Below, one piece after another: positions 62,055-64,000 of a stretch of 64,000 nucleotides of DNA. This DNA is from Leucoraja erinacea. Lineage: Eukaryota. Below the pieces are notes generated by a model, which saw only the letters and a list, made by a program, of their open reading frames with translations, did no database searches and had not been told where the DNA came from. The stretch is from assembly GCF_028641065.1 (NCBI RefSeq), contig NC_073393.1, positions 20,088,001 to 20,152,000 on the forward strand. The letters are read 5' to 3'. Numbering within the stretch: position 1 is the first letter of the stretch; each line of letters starts with the position of its first letter. The position numbers were made by a program, and so were the translations under genes.

Positions 62055-63529
62055 CTACATAAGGAAAAGCAGTCAGTGCTCATCAAATACAAACACCTGA
62101 TCTGAATGGCAACAAAGCCTGCAACTTAAAGCTAAATTATATGCAGTATACTCACATCTCTATAGCACCGGAACTTGGCATCCAGCAGCTCACGTTAACT
62201 AATTACTCCATTTACACTGGAGAAAAATTTACCCCGCCACAAAATGAAATGAATATTTTCATTTTTTAGCCTGAAAACCTGCAGCTTCCAAACAACTTTA
62301 GCTTCCAAAAAGAAAACCAAATCTATAATGTGATTAACAGAAGTGCTTTAATAATTTACAAACAAATAGGAAAATATAAAAATACCTATGCTGGGCTGGT
62401 GAAATCAGCCCTTTGAACATAGCCTCGAGAATGCATTCCTTTTGCAAGTTTGCTGTTTTCAGCTGGTGCTTCTATTCAGTTGAAAAATAACATCATTGGA
62501 AAATAACATCATAAATATTTCACCAATGATATTTGTAATTGTGAACAAACTTTCCAACATGAAGGTTCCTATTATTGTTTTCTCTCACAAAGTCATATAC
62601 CACGGAAAAAAGCTCTTCAGCACAACTCGTCCATGCCAACCAAAATGCCCGTGCCATTTGCCTGCTTTTGGCCCATACCCTTCAATACCTTTCCTGTCCA
62701 TGTACCCCTTCTGCTGATGTGTCCCCCCAAAAGATGGACCCAAGATCTCAATGCCATTCTGAGTGCTCATTCTCCACACTGAGTAGTCATGGGCCAGAGA
62801 TTCCTAGGAGTTGGCAGGGGTGGAGCCTCATTTCAAGGAAGCTTTAAATACATCCTTGCTGGTAGATTTTTCCCATAATGGAACTCTGAATACAACATCT
62901 GTATCTGGAATCTGATATTGATCGTGTGAATGATGTGGCCTGCTAAGAGAAACAAGGCCCGCAGTTCAGAGGACGTTGGCTTGATAGAGGATGCCGATTT
63001 CGTTCGCCTAGTTTTCCAGTGAATTTGGAAGATTTAGGGGTGCTGCTTTGGTGGTATTTTACAAGTCCTTAGAAATATCTGCTGTACGCAGTCCCAGTTC
63101 CCAGAAGCAAACATGTGAACAAGGATTACTACTGCCTGATCAATCATGTGATGGGTGTTCAAATACCCCTTTTCCTCAGTTGACCCAAGGCTATGATGGA
63201 ACATTCAAGAGAATGGTGAATCTCATCATCTATATCTGTCTTTGACTCGTAGTACCTTGCAAGATTACGGAAGTGGTTCCATTTTCCAAGTTGGTAGAGG
63301 ACCTAAATGTAAGCTCCATCCAATCATATGCTTCAGTGAATGAGTCCACAATAACTTGACACTTGGCACTGAGTCTGTACAAATGTATGTGCCTTCTGTA
63401 AACTACAGCTCAATTCGGAGTTATAGAAAATCTTGATTCTGTAGTGTACCCACCATAGATTGAACAGCGTAACCAAGTGTTACCTTTCTTATACTTAAAA
63501 CCTTCTAGTTCATTACAAGTAGCACAGAA

Positions 63530-63740
63530 TCAGTTTGTACTTCCCCGCTGAGAGCCAGGCCCAACACCGCTGGCTGGACAATTGCTGCTGTTGCTCCTCT
63601 TCCCTGACCAGTCCTCTGCCACAACAGTATCCAAAAGGGTATACCTGTTGTCAAGGGGAATGGCCCCAGGTGAGTCCTGTACTTTCTGCCTACTACCTTT
63701 CCTGTGATCACCCATCTACTTCCTGTAACTGCCCCTGACT
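63530..63740 (-). mobile_element. CR1 ORF1 fragment
   Basis: SPGAIPLDNRYTLLDTV motif typical of CR1 ORF1. Confidence 0.55.
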
Positions 63741-64000
63741 TCCAACATCCAGCAGGAGGAGCATTGCACTATCCACCTGCCATTACCAGGACACCAAAAA
63801 GGTAGAAAGAATTACCCAGAAATATACACCGCACATTAACCTGCTATTTCTTTTTTTTCCTCAGCTCTCTCACTGGCGCCTCTTCAGCCAAAGCAACAGT
63901 ACTGCACTTTCCCTCAGAGCATTTCACCTCAGCCTCTCTCCCAACACGGCCGCTCTGCCAAACTCTCCCTACTTTTTTATTCCCTGCTATGTCTTTTCTC

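Overview
Vertebrate genomic DNA. The repeat landscape (V-SINE/HE1-type SINEs, CR1, Rex1/Babar and Penelope elements) suggests a cartilaginous fish, probably a skate or ray; this is an inference. Three spliced genes were reconstructed by hand with GT-AG junctions and consistent phases. (1) A + strand non-rearranging antigen-receptor-like Ig-superfamily gene (leader / germline-joined VJ / C1 / TM / tyrosine-motif tail) at 6855-13556, about 270 aa; the cytoplasmic exon choice is uncertain. (2) A complete 13-exon SEPT7-group septin on the - strand (42113 to 21676, 430 aa) with a CpG-island promoter. (3) The last 9 coding exons of DNAAF1/LRRC50 on the - strand (62054 to 46029; 5' end outside the window). 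The rest is mostly transposon-derived. It includes short Penelope-related repeats carrying minimal hammerhead-ribozyme cores, several MITEs, a Gypsy LTR-PBS-gag remnant and candidate Rex1-tailed non-autonomous retroposons. There are two assembly gaps (12859-12995, 26996-27221). Repeat boundaries are approximate and were read by eye.
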